Positions 39,827-51,890 of a DNA stretch of 64,000 nt are shown in pieces. Positions within the stretch are counted from its first letter, which is position 1. Each line of letters starts with the position of its first letter. The notes under the pieces are model-generated. The model saw only the letters and a program-made list of their open reading frames with translations, ran no database searches and was not told the DNA's origin. Origin of the DNA: Cirrosporium novae-zelandiae (taxonomy: Eukaryota); contig JAPETS010000012.1 of the NCBI GenBank assembly GCA_026023565.1, forward strand, positions 1 through 64,000. The letters are read 5' to 3'. The translations under genes and the position numbers were made by a program.

Positions 39827-40257
39827 GGTGCAAGAGGGTCAAATGGGATAAATTAATGGAAGACCTTTTCCATCAGATCAACGTCATTTCCTTTTGTATT
39901 TGTAATTTTAGCCGATGGGCAAGAGTGTCAAGCATAGGCTGCTCTGTGACATGATCTTTAAGAGCTCAGTGGGAAGATTTCAGTTAGTCTATTGGAAGTC
40001 TAACAGGTGTCCAATAACAATTTAGATATTTGCAGAATGGATTCAAAAGCAACTAATAATTATAAAGAAGTTCATCCTAGTTTCTAGCTAGATCTTATGT
40101 TTGTAGAACTGGTAGATCAGACACAAACATTCAAGCAAATTAAACCTTGAACCTTGTTTCATTAAAGGTCTGCATCGCTTCCCGAAATTTTTATCCAGCT
40201 TTACTTCCTAGGCACATTAAACACTATATCTAATTACCTCTTCGCAAATCGTCCAAC

Positions 40258-43200
40258 ATGAACAACAACGGTGACTCGGATAGTCTTCGTAACCTTCAGC
40301 AGGATCTACTTGCGCTGTCCGAGGCACGTCTGAAAAGTGTTGAGCGACTACTCCATGAAGCTGAGGTCCACATAGCCAACTTCAAGCAATTGCTGGATAA
40401 ACCGACAAAGAAGGACGCAAGTCGACAATCAGTTCTATCTGGTAAATAGGACCAATTGCTGCATATCTGCGTCCTCTAGCTAATGGCAATTTGATAGGAA
40501 AAATTACGCTTGACCAAAATGAATATGCTGTCAACCAGGACTTTCAGCAAGAAGCCCTCCAGCTTGCCGATCTTCTTAATCTCGATGAGCTAGAAGCTGG
40601 TCGACTACTTCTGCAGGCTCGCAACGATGCACAGGAACTCGATCGAACTATTTTTGAAAGCGCTGTATTCAACTTTCACGAACGAAGACTTTTATTATTA
40701 GATACATTACGGCTCTTGCTCTCGGAATCAGCATCGAGCGATGACGATGAGGACCCTTTTTCCGACGCTCGGGATGGTCTTCGGGAGGGAAGACGTCTCC
40801 TATTGACATCCGAGGGCTGCAAACCAATGGGTGGAGCTTGGTTTGCCCAGAAATGTATGCAAGCCATGCGAGATATAGAGGAATGGCTACAAAGACTATA
40901 TGAACAAGTACAGGCGGCTCTGGTTATGGGGGATCAACAAGGCACAGGAACTATGGAAATGATTGAGTTTCAACGTAAAAGTCTGGAGCGACAACATGAA
41001 TCACTGGGTGCAATCATTTGTCACCTCATCAAGGCTGGATATTCTACCATCAAGGAGCTGAATGAGCTACTCCAGATCGTCAAGAAGCTAGATAAGCTTG
41101 ATGCTATAACCATTCATTATATTCCCGCCCTCATGATCTCGATGTCGCACCATGGATCCTCCGATGGCCACCTCTCAGCCCAAGAAGCTAGCTCGCTTCA
41201 TCAAAGGATCATTACCCACACAGATGGTGATAGATGGAGTCTTAGGAGCTTCCATTGTGCGGTCATCTGTTGGTGGCTAGTTGAGTATGAAGGATGGCAC
41301 CTTGATGAACCAAGTGACGCCTCCCAAGAAAGTAAGTTGGCAAAAGAGAAAGTTGAAAGGTCGCGACTTTTTATGCAGTGTCTTAAAGAGTATGCTTTCC
41401 GATTCATGCTCTCACTCTGTGTTGGAATCACTCCCGAAGATGATCAGAATCCTTCTAGGCATGACCTGCTTCAAGTGTTGTTTCAGGATCCCCCAGTCCT
41501 AATTTCCGAACCCATTCCAACATCAGACTTTTTCCAAAGTATGCTAATGGAACGATTCCAATCATTTGTTGATGGATTTATTAATAATATGCCGAATACT
41601 GTCAGAAATCTTCGAGATGGTGAGGAGGACCAAGATGGCCAGACAGAAGGCGGAGCCACTTTATCTACATCTCAATTGAACGCACACAATGAACGAATGT
41701 ACCTCCAAAATTTCGAAGTCATTGTTGCTTATGCCTTCGAAGGCCACCCGGAAGAATCACAAGCGTTTTGGGAAGATCCAGATAGCAGCCTTTCAGGATT
41801 CCTTCAATGGGCGTCCATACGGGAATCTGCACCACAAGTCAGCGCTTTTAGTGAAATGTTCTGTGCTGTCTCAAAGGGAGAAGAGAATGCTACGGCCGCT
41901 CATACGTATCTCTTATTGGACGGGGAGGTCCCCGCCCATAGAGGCGTACGGAGAACTACCCCCTTAAGCTGGGCGCAAATATTCGCCGAACTTGACCAAT
42001 GCTACAAGCAAATTCACGACCGACCTTTAGCTGAACCTCCCCTACGTCAAGCGGGGAAGCCTAACCAAGACGTGATCCGAGAAACTGAAAGCTTGATGAT
42101 AATTACGTGCTATCTGCGACTTACCGCCCACTTATGCAGGGAAAGTTCCACCGTTAGAAAATTCATATTGGAACACCCTACCTATCACCTGGAGCAAAAG
42201 GTATTACAATTGACTACAGGAGCAACAAGCACTATACCTCCATATCTCCGCGCATGTGTATTCGACCTATTGCAGGCCTTATTAATTGACAAATCACCTG
42301 AACTCGGTTTTGCTATGTGGACTAGCCTTGATCAATGGCTTTCGACCGGTCCTCTTGCTGTTCCAAATCGCCCTAAGAGTGCGCATCCTCCTCAAGACCC
42401 TCGACAGCCAGTAGAACCGATAGAGAAAACAATGTTGAAAATTGCTCTGAACATCCAGGAGGTTTCATCTTTCCTCGGGCTCCTACAAGCTTTGATCTCA
42501 CCCTCCCCAGAAGATCCTACTCTAAAAGATTCTTTGTCTTTCCCGGAGAGGCTAGGTTCTTCATATCGCATGCCTGGTGTCGACCCATATATCGATTTGG
42601 TTTTTCGACTAATGATCGAGCTTGCCGGGGCGCAGAACGAAATCTCAGACAAGAGGCAGCTTAATTTATTGAACCTGAATATATTTAACTTTATTGCCAC
42701 CTGCTTGTCAAATTTCAATGAAAATATTGCAATTATGGCCAGTCGCCCAAACCTGTCAATTGATTCCGGGATCCGAGCATCATCGCCTTCCACCTATGTT
42801 CGCCTGCATCCATTTGGCCATGTGATGGAGTGGATCATGACTGAAAAGGTCGCGAATCTGGTGTGCAGAACTGTTAATCAGGATGTTGTCAAGGTCACCG
42901 AGGCAACCCCCGACTCACCGCTGTACTTGGCTTTACTCCGCAATATCGAAAGCATTGTCTTTGCAATGGATCTTCAAGCAACTTATGTGGAAATTGTTCG
43001 CCCTATTCTGAAAGCAGAGTTTCCGAATAGAAAGACACTTGGGGCGGATTTACCTCTTGCATCATTTGAGGAAAGCATCGTGAACAATCTCCATCTTGTT
43101 GCTGTTTTGGGTTTGTACTGTGGTACAGGTCATCAGGATTTGACGTTGGTATCATTATCCCTCCTCCAAAGATTGTGTAGCTCAAGACGGTTGAATTCCA

Positions 43201-45550
43201 TTCATGCTTCATCAAAGCGATACGGTTCAAATATCAGCAAGATAGTGGAAATTGTAGAGCTTGATATGGAATCTGAACGGATTGCTAGAGCTCTCAATAA
43301 AGACATGAAAGTAGACTTGCATGAACTTGAACTAGGTCCAGAATCTGCAGCCCATACCTTGAAGCTAGCAATACTCCAATTTCTATCTACTTGTCTTGAC
43401 TCTACTCCAGGACGACCCACTATTTCCCACTTGCTTCTCGGTTTTTCGTGTGCAAGGAACGGATTGGAAGTTGCCTCCGGTAGTACCTTTGAAAAAGGAT
43501 TATCTTTGTTCCACACAATCCTCCAATTAGTCCAGGAATATCCCTATGCTGAAAATGGTTTAATATTGGGTTGGCTGCTTCATCTGCGGGTGGGCTGTCT
43601 TAGACTTTTACAACAGTTATGGTCTTCCATATTAAGTTGTTCGATGACCGTTACAGAGTTTCGAGTTAGTGGATTTCTCTTCCACCAATTTACAATGGAA
43701 GAGATAGTCAGCCCTATGACTCTCTGGGATGGGCTCACTCTGAACGATCTGGGATTCTATTTCTCTGACTCTGCACGCTGCCTTGCCGATTTCCTTCGTC
43801 AAAGAGCTTACCTGTTCAATTACGCATGTACGGATCTTGGACTAGCTGCTGCTGAGAAATCGGGCTCTCAGAAAACTCTCACGATAGCTACCTTGTTAGG
43901 GATGACGCCTACTTCTGAAGGGGAGCCTATCACACATACCGGTGTTCTGGATCTTTTCGACTTTGCTGATCTCGACATGCGTATCGACATTCAGCCACCT
44001 GAGCTGGTCTTCTTTCGAGATATGGATTTGAAGTACGCTGTCGAAGATGAATACGAAGGGTTACAAACCTTGAATCTGCCAATTCTAGAAGAACTCATAC
44101 AGTATAACATCAACACACTTCTAAGCCAACAGACAGCTGGAGAGCAATTCGATGAAGGAAAGATTCTTGATGAGGCTCAAGTTCTCTGTTCCTACATCCA
44201 GGCCTGTAACCAACGTATTCTGGTTCGAAAAAATCGATCGCTTGCTTTGAAGAACTGGAGCAGACTCATCGCTGTAGTCCTTGAGCGTGGTGATCTTGAC
44301 CCAAAGACGAAAAGTACATTCGTTCTACAGGCGCTCCAACTAATTACCCCTAAATTGGATCTATATATGGATGAGACGCACTCCGAAGCCCTTCAACTAG
44401 CCGAACTAGCTGAAACCCTTCTTTATCATCTGGACCTGCAGATGACTTCTCTTGAAGACAGTCGAGCTAGCGATCTTGCCGGGGAGCGTGCATTTGAACT
44501 GTTTAGAACTTGCCTTCGCGGTGTTCGCTTCTCTGGGGCTACTTGGGGTTTGCGCGCTGCATGCTATGGCGTATGTGGTAACTTTCTCACTCGAATTATC
44601 GGACAGTCGACTGTCAATACCACTCTCCGGCGGCAATCAATGTCAGCCATAAAGGCATCTGGGGAACGCCTGTTCAATGTCATCTGTGAAGATGCCTATA
44701 CCGGGGATCAGAATAGTCGCTTACCAGCCTTGCTTCTATTAGATGCATTGGTTTCGCTGGCCAGACATCAAGATTCACAATTAGTTGTTGAGATATTATA
44801 TCGTATCAATTTTATATCTCTTTTGGTCGAGTCCTTAAAACACATTTCTGAAGAGCTTAGAGATACGGATGTTGCGGGTAAGTGATTGTATGTGTATATG
44901 TCAACGCGAGGTTTATACTAATCGCTTTCTATAGATGTCCCTTTCTTATTTTCTTCCAATAACGCTCGACTTTCCCTCCTATTGAACATCTCTCGAACGC
45001 GTGCTGGTGCAAATCATGTTTATAATGCGGGAATATTCCAGGCAATCCAAGCGTCTCAATTATTCACCGTTGACCCAGACCTTGGAGTTGGTAAGTCTAT
45101 CCATTATTGATCTCGATATTTGTTTCATTTTGGTCCAAATAATATGCTGGCTAATGTTGAGAATTAGACGTGGAAAACCCCACCGCTCTTCTAAATTTCT
45201 ACGCACTCCTACAAACCACGATCTCTTTAATAACTTCCATAGTGCTCTCCCGCGGCGAGAATAACACACAAACGCTAGATCAGGGACGGAAGTTCCTAAC
45301 TAATAATCGATATTCGATCGTTGGCGTATTTAAAAGGGAGGCAGGGATTGGGGTCGGAGACAAGGAGTCAGTGCAAGGAGGAGTAAGGGAGGTATTGATG
45401 AAATTAGTCCAAGGTTATACAATTTTGATGAGTCTGGTAGGATGGATCGATGTGAGTATTAGCAAGTCAAGTGCGTATTCAGAAGCTGACAGCACCCAGT
45501 TTGAAGAAGAAGGGGGTCTAAAGCGGTCGACATCAACACAGTTCACCTAA
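40258..45550 (+). CDS. NUP192: Nucleoporin Nup192/Nup205. Exons 40258-40441, 40498-44877, 44935-45090, 45168-45451, 45500-45550
   Basis: LLDKPTKKDASRQSVLSGKI...YAVNQDFQQEALQLADLLNLDELEA, FPERLGSSYRMPGVDPYID, PTISHLLLGF, DPDLG. Confidence 0.9.
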
Positions 45551-46175
45551 GGATAATGCCATGACATAATAATTTTGGTGTTTCCTAGAACAAGATCAGG
45601 AGATGCGTGAGGCTTCCATTGGATACTTGGAGTGGAGAAAAAATAAGATTAGATAGATACCCAAAGCTTTGACCTTGAATGGATTAAACGAGCTGTAAAT
45701 CCTAGATTTAACGTTGGGTTAATAGGCTATAAAGTAGGCGTTACAATGTAATTCATGATTGTCCGTCATCTGCGAATGTAGTGGCAGTACGTTGCGTGGT
45801 TAGTAGTTAATTGGTATTTTTTAGGTTTTGTTAGGATGATGAAAGTATAATGATGAAAATGACAGGGATGGTAGCTCTCTATTGCTCTAGCTCGTATGCG
45901 CCATACACAAGAGCTCGATTGCGGGTATTGTTGGGGCACATGGCAGTTGCTCATTCAAACCCAACCACCATCATTCTCCATCTTCACTTTCTTAAACTAC
46001 ACCACTCTTCAGACACCAATATTTTGTCCTTATTTCAGCTTTTATTTATTACGACTCGCCTTGTTTACTAATCGCGAAACTCGTCTTAGTCGCCAAATCG
46101 AATAATACCCAAATCGGATAGTCCATAGGTTGGAGGAACGGAACAACAGCCCTTTTTATCGACTGCGATATCACC

Positions 46176-47098
46176 ATGGCTTCAAGAAAGAAGGTTCTTT
46201 TGAAGGTACACTGTCTAATACTGCTCTCAACGATAAAAAAAATATTGAGTCTGGATCCAGGTCATCATTCTTGGCGATAGCGGCGTCGGCAAGACAAGTT
46301 TGATGAATCAATATGTACGTTACACAACCCTACTTGTCTCTGAACAAGTGCGACGAACTTTTATACGCAGTTGGGCTGATTATTTCCCGTTAGGTCAATA
46401 AAAAATTCAGTGCGAGCTACAAGGCTACAATTGGGGCCGATTTCCTTACCAAGGAAGTCCTAGTGGACGACAGGCTTGTCACGATGCAGGTATGAGCGAG
46501 ATATAGGTCATACAAAACAACAGAGTCTCACTAGTTGAATAGTTATGGGATACCGCCGGCCAAGAACGATTCCAATCTCTCGGCGTGGCCTTTTATAGAG
46601 GGGCAGACTGCTGTGTGCTTGTCTACGATGTCAACAATTCAAAGAGTTTTGATACATTAGACAGCTGGCGGGACGAATTCTTGGTACAGGCTGCTCCAAG
46701 AGATCCAGAGAATTTTCCATTCGTTAGTTTAATCATGCTCGAATATCACCGAGGGGCATGTTCTAACTTGTTATTAGGTAGTTATTGGCAACAAGATCGA
46801 CGTTGAGGAGAGCAAGAGGATGATTTCATCGAAGAGAGCCATGACATTCTGCCAATCCAAGGGAGGAATTCCGTACTTCGAGACTAGTGCAAAAGAGGCT
46901 GTCAATGTGGAACAAGCATTTGAAGGTGAGCTATCCCTTTACTGGTAATGGATATGTTGGTGCTGATTCAAAGACTTTCCAGTCATCGCAAGACATGCAC
47001 TTGCCCAGGAGGAGACAGAAGAGTACAGTGGTGACTATTCTGATCCACCCATCATCGATCTTCCAATGAATGGCAACCAAGATGGTTGTGCCTGCTAA
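46176..47098 (+). CDS. YPT7: Rab7-family GTPase. Exons 46176-46205, 46261-46314, 46394-46489, 46543-46722, 46778-46925, 46983-47098
   Basis: [73 protein letters not shown]-terminal CAC prenylation motif. Confidence 0.97.
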
Positions 47099-47933
47099 GA
47101 TTGATATTGAGTCGCATACAGATCTAATTAAGGATGCTTAGTTGGATGGCATAGATACCTAGCTGGTGCTGTGCGGTCTTCACTCGGTCTCGTTAATGGT
47201 GCTACTTGGAATATGAAATCCCACGAACGTGTTTTGGTGTTGTGTTTTTCGCAATTATTCTGCTAGTCATGGTGCATAGCAAGATTCATTATAGGAGTTA
47301 TTGGTGTTTTGAATTGTGTAAATATTTTAGATGTCACAGAGTAGACGTTTATGCAGTTCAACTAAGTGGAAATTTATTCATGGCCAATTTACAACGTGAA
47401 TTACTTGGTTTCTATTCTATAAAGAAATCTGATTGTTGTAGAAATAATAATTATGACAGTATCTTTAAGGTCAAATCCAAGCATCAAGCATCAGCATCGG
47501 CAATCTCGAGCATTAGCACGAGCACAAGATGCAGCCAAAAAGTGACGCTGCATAGTACACTCACTATGCACGCGACACCTTAACTTGTGACAGGCAGGAA
47601 AATCTTTAAGTGAAATCAGTTTTCCATATAATGGAAATTGATTTAAATCATAACCTAGTTTTTCCTAATGCCCTCCCATTCCCATGATTTATAAAATAAA
47701 ATCTAATTTTTATTTAAAACTGATTTAAATCATAGCCTCATGTATCTAAAGGCCTCTCTAAGATGTAATGTTCTACTTTGGCCTAAGGCTCACCCTTGTC
47801 TAGCGTCTTGAGAGCAACCGATGCACAAGCGGGAAAATCAATTTCGCCTTTTAGCTTCGACATCTTTTTTACCAAAAAAAAATATCCAAAGCTTGAGAGT
47901 TCTAAGCTCACAACCTTTTATCCTACAACGAAT

Positions 47934-49322
47934 ATGGCTAAGAAAAGCAAGCTTTTTGCAGCGCTAGACGCAGAGAAGGGTCGCGACTATAAGCTGGAGA
48001 AACAAAAAAAATTGCAGAAGCAGGCCGAGAAAAGGAAAAGGATAAAGTTACAGCAGCAGGTCGAGGAACAAGATGAATGGGAAGATGAAGACGAGAATAT
48101 AGATGAAGAAGAAGAAGAAGTGGAGGTTAATGGTAAATTGAGGGCTGCCAAGAAACAGATTGAAAAAACTACTGTACCTGAGGTGGATTCCAATGCCGGT
48201 TCCGAGAAGGATGAAAGCGACGAAGACGAGGGCGAAGACGAAGACAGCGAGAATGAGGATGCGCCAATTGTATGTTTGTATTGAAAATCAGTCTACGTCT
48301 ATAAGACTATACTAACTACTCCATAGGTTTCTACCAATATTGACGAAAGCGATAGCGATAGCGACAGTGATGGTGACAACTCTCCTTCATCTCCGCAACC
48401 ATCTAAATCAAAAAATTCCCACCACCTTTCCAAGTCGCTGTTAGATCAAGAAAATGAAGACGACAATGAAGACTCTGATGTGGAATCTGAGGCCTCGGTC
48501 GCACTTTCTGATCTTTCCTCACAACCTTCTGATGTTGTTCCACATAGTCGCCTTACCATAAATAATACCTCTGCTCTTTTAGCTGCCCTCTCCAGGATAT
48601 CTCTCCCATCGGACCTCCCCTTCTCCGCCCACCTCTCCCATACTCCTCAAAAGCCTACCGAGATAGCCGATGTCAATGACGATCTTACCCGAGAACTTGC
48701 TTTCTACAAACAATCTCTGCTTTCGGTCCAAGGTGCTCGTCTAACCCTCTCGCGCGAAAAGCCACCCGTGCCTTTTTCCCGCCCTACAGATTTCTTTGCA
48801 GAAATGGTAAAGACAGACGAGCAGATGATGAAGGTCAAGGATCAGCTCCGAGCGGATGCTGCCGGCAAGAAGGCTTCGCAAGAAGCAAAGAAACAGCGAG
48901 AGCTCCGTAAATTTGGCAAACAGGTCCAAGTAGCTAAGGAACAAGCTAGAGCAAAAGAAAAACGGGCAGCGTTGGATCAAGTGGAGGCATTGAAGCGTAA
49001 ACGGAAGGCTTCTGGGGGGCTACCCACGTCCACTACGGAAGCTGAAGGAGCTGATGCGGATATATTTGACGTCGGTGTCGATAATGAAGACACGGGCCGA
49101 AATACACGCCAGGATAAGCGACGCAAGGTCACTGGAAGTGGAAATGACAAACGGGCAAAGAAAGATGCCAAATATGGGTTTGGAGGTAAAAAGCGGTTTG
49201 CAAAGAGTGGTGACACAGCGAGCACAGCTGATATGAGCGGGTATTCAGTCAAGAAAATGAAAAGTGGTGGGAAAGGGGGATCAAAGAGGTTAGGGAAAAG
49301 CCGTAGGAAGACGGCTAGGTAA
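47934..49322 (+). CDS. EBP2: rRNA-processing protein Ebp2. Exons 47934-48269, 48327-49322
   Basis: Acidic N-terminus; DVNDDLTRELAFYKQ, PFSRPTDFFAEMVKTD, KFGKQVQV, KYGFGGKKR, RLGKSRR. Confidence 0.94.
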
Positions 49323-49864
49323 CGATAATAAATATCCATTGCCCTATTGCATATTGTATTACAAAAAAGGAAGGAGCAATATCAGAGCATTACAGGCGTT
49401 CTCAATCTGTGTTCGTGATTGATGCCATCCCAAATCTTCCAATGTAGTTAGATCGAAGGATTGATTGTAGTGTGAGCAATTGTGTAAATATAAGTTGAAA
49501 GCACGCGGTGTTAATATCAGGCTTGATTCGCTTGTGATGGTGGCACAGTGGATCTAGGGATCGGGGATCGGGGATCGGGAGAAATAGGTGGAAACTTCGG
49601 CACAGCTCCGAAATAATCGCTATCAGTCAGGTCCTTTAGTCTCCGCTCCAACGCCGCCGTCGGTCTCACAACTTCACTCCCTTTCCGTGTTGTGTGTAAT
49701 GTACTACAACATTACTCATGCATCCTACGTTCCTTCTGGTGATACTTTACTACGTTTGCGATCAGCAGCCACATTAAATTCAATCTTTCATTCAGCTTTT
49801 TCCTACAAAACATTTTCATCCCATACCGTCCACTCCCTAATGATATCCCTTTCGACACTTTATC

Positions 49865-51486
49865 ATGGGCATCTCTGCTCCTTCACAAGATATGGCCACA
49901 GAATCTACCACAATCCCTTCCGGGACCATACCCGACGATGAATTTTCATCTGCATCAAGGTCATCGCGTTCCCCATTATTAGCGGCTTTATCCTTCGTTC
50001 GACCACTCAGCCGAGACTCGAGTCTATCCAGGAGATGGAATGAGCTCGTAAATGTTGGAAGGTATACGTTAGGAATACTTCTTCTTTTAACAACTGTGCT
50101 GCTCTGGACAGCTTCAAATTTCCTTGCTAGTGTAAGTATCTGCGAGCAGCGTTTGCAATAGGCCAATACCATGGGAGCTGAAACGAACTCTATTAAAGAC
50201 TTCCTGGATATACTTGATAGCTCAGAATATTGGCAAATATTGTATTTGAGTTTAGCCATGGTCTATCCCATTGAAAATATAAAAATTTGTGCAATTTCTG
50301 CCTTCCTGGCTCGAGGCTGACTGAACTTCAGACAATCTTCGCGGATGATAGCTATTCGAAGCCCTTTTTTGTTACCTACGTGAATACGGCATTCTTTATT
50401 ATACCATTACTTCCATATTTTATGAAAAAAGCTTATGAACATTCTTACACGAGATCGCGTTCCGGCTACCTAAGCATCTGGAATCATGCTTCGAAAGCCG
50501 AGTCGCTCGCTGGCACAGGAGATGAAGATGGTGCAGAAGGAAGACTAGCACGAAGATCTCATGTACGAGGAGGGTCATATATGTCTACTATTTCCGTACA
50601 GCCACTATCGAGGAGACAGTCCCTGAGCAGCAATTTTTCTGGACCCCTTGATCTCAAGGAAACTGCAAAATTGAGTTTGGAATTCTCCATCCTCTGGTTT
50701 GCTGCAAACTACTTTGTGGCAGCCTGCCTTAAGTACACAACAGTCGCCAGCTCTACAATTCTCACCTCTACTAGCAGCATCTGGACACTCCTCTTTGGTG
50801 CAATGATCCGAGTTGAACACTTCACCATTCGCAAACTTTTGGGTGTACTTGCCTCTCTTCTCGGTATCATGGTTATCTCTCTGGATGATCTCTCTTCCTC
50901 GCCTGACAAAGATCGCGGCAGCTTCCCCGACAAGACATTTGGTGAGATTGCGCTAGGAGACGCTATGGCCTTTTTCAGCGCAGTTCTATACGGCGTTTAC
51001 TCGATTCTTTTGAAAAAGCGTATCGGTGATGAATCACGGGTTAACATGCCCCTCTTCTTCGCCTTTGTCGGCTTATGGAATGTTGTTCTCCTTTGGCCTG
51101 GGATCATCATCCTGCATGTCACAGGTGAAGAACCCTTCGCCCTCCCCCCAACAACTCGTATTTGGACCATTGTCTTAGTTAATTCTGTAACCTCTCTCGT
51201 CTCAGACTTATGTTGGGCATATGCAACACTGCTCAGTTCACCGTTGGTGGTAACTGTGGGCCTCAGTCTAACGATTCCATTGAGCTTAATTGGTGAGATC
51301 CTTATCAGGGGTCAGTACTCCAGTATGGCATATTGGATCGGTGCGGCGGTAGTGTTTATCAGTTTTATTTTTGTGAATCACGAGGAAAGTGTGGAAGAGA
51401 AGAAAGAACTCGTGGGGCAGGAAGTTGGATCTGAAGGTGAAGGGCTCTTACAACCAGGCACCAGGGAGGACGAGAATATCGTTTAA
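49865..51486 (+). CDS. EamA/DMT-superfamily transporter (Thi74/YML018C/SLC35F5-like). Exons 49865-50131, 50332-51486
   Basis: LWTASNFLAS|TIFADDSYSKPFFVTYVNT, YTTVASSTILTSTSS, LFFAFVGLWN, SPLVVTVGLSLTIPLS. Confidence 0.88.
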
Positions 51487-51890
51487 ATTGGTCATGGTCT
51501 TGGATATAGGGATATAGTGGATGGATCTTGGATATTAACAGAGGGGTGATTGGCGTTTATATACGGGAAGGGCCTGCACAGGTAGTTAGACTTTGTTACA
51601 TATTTTTGCGTGAATAACCAGTAAAACAGATTAAATATCATTACCAATTGCAATGTATGGAATGACTAAACGGTCTGAGGGCCTCTGGATGTGCATTTTG
51701 CCAGCGTAGCATTGTAGTGTTATAGCGGTGATTAGGAAGCTTTTCGCTTATCCCCGCAACCTTCGCATCATCTCAAGTTCAACGATAATCAGTGGGACCT
51801 ACCTATTTCGTCTAAAGTATCGCCTAATTATTTATAACATTAATCAACCTTGCCCTTCCCTTATGCTCTGTCTTTTCGACAAACAAATAG

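Noticed and set aside
50132..50331. TPP riboswitch in the intron of a Thi74-like transporter
   Set aside because: Lacks the conserved CTGAGA and ACYTGAT..GGNTAATNCC..CGNA core in the correct order; only scattered partial words are present
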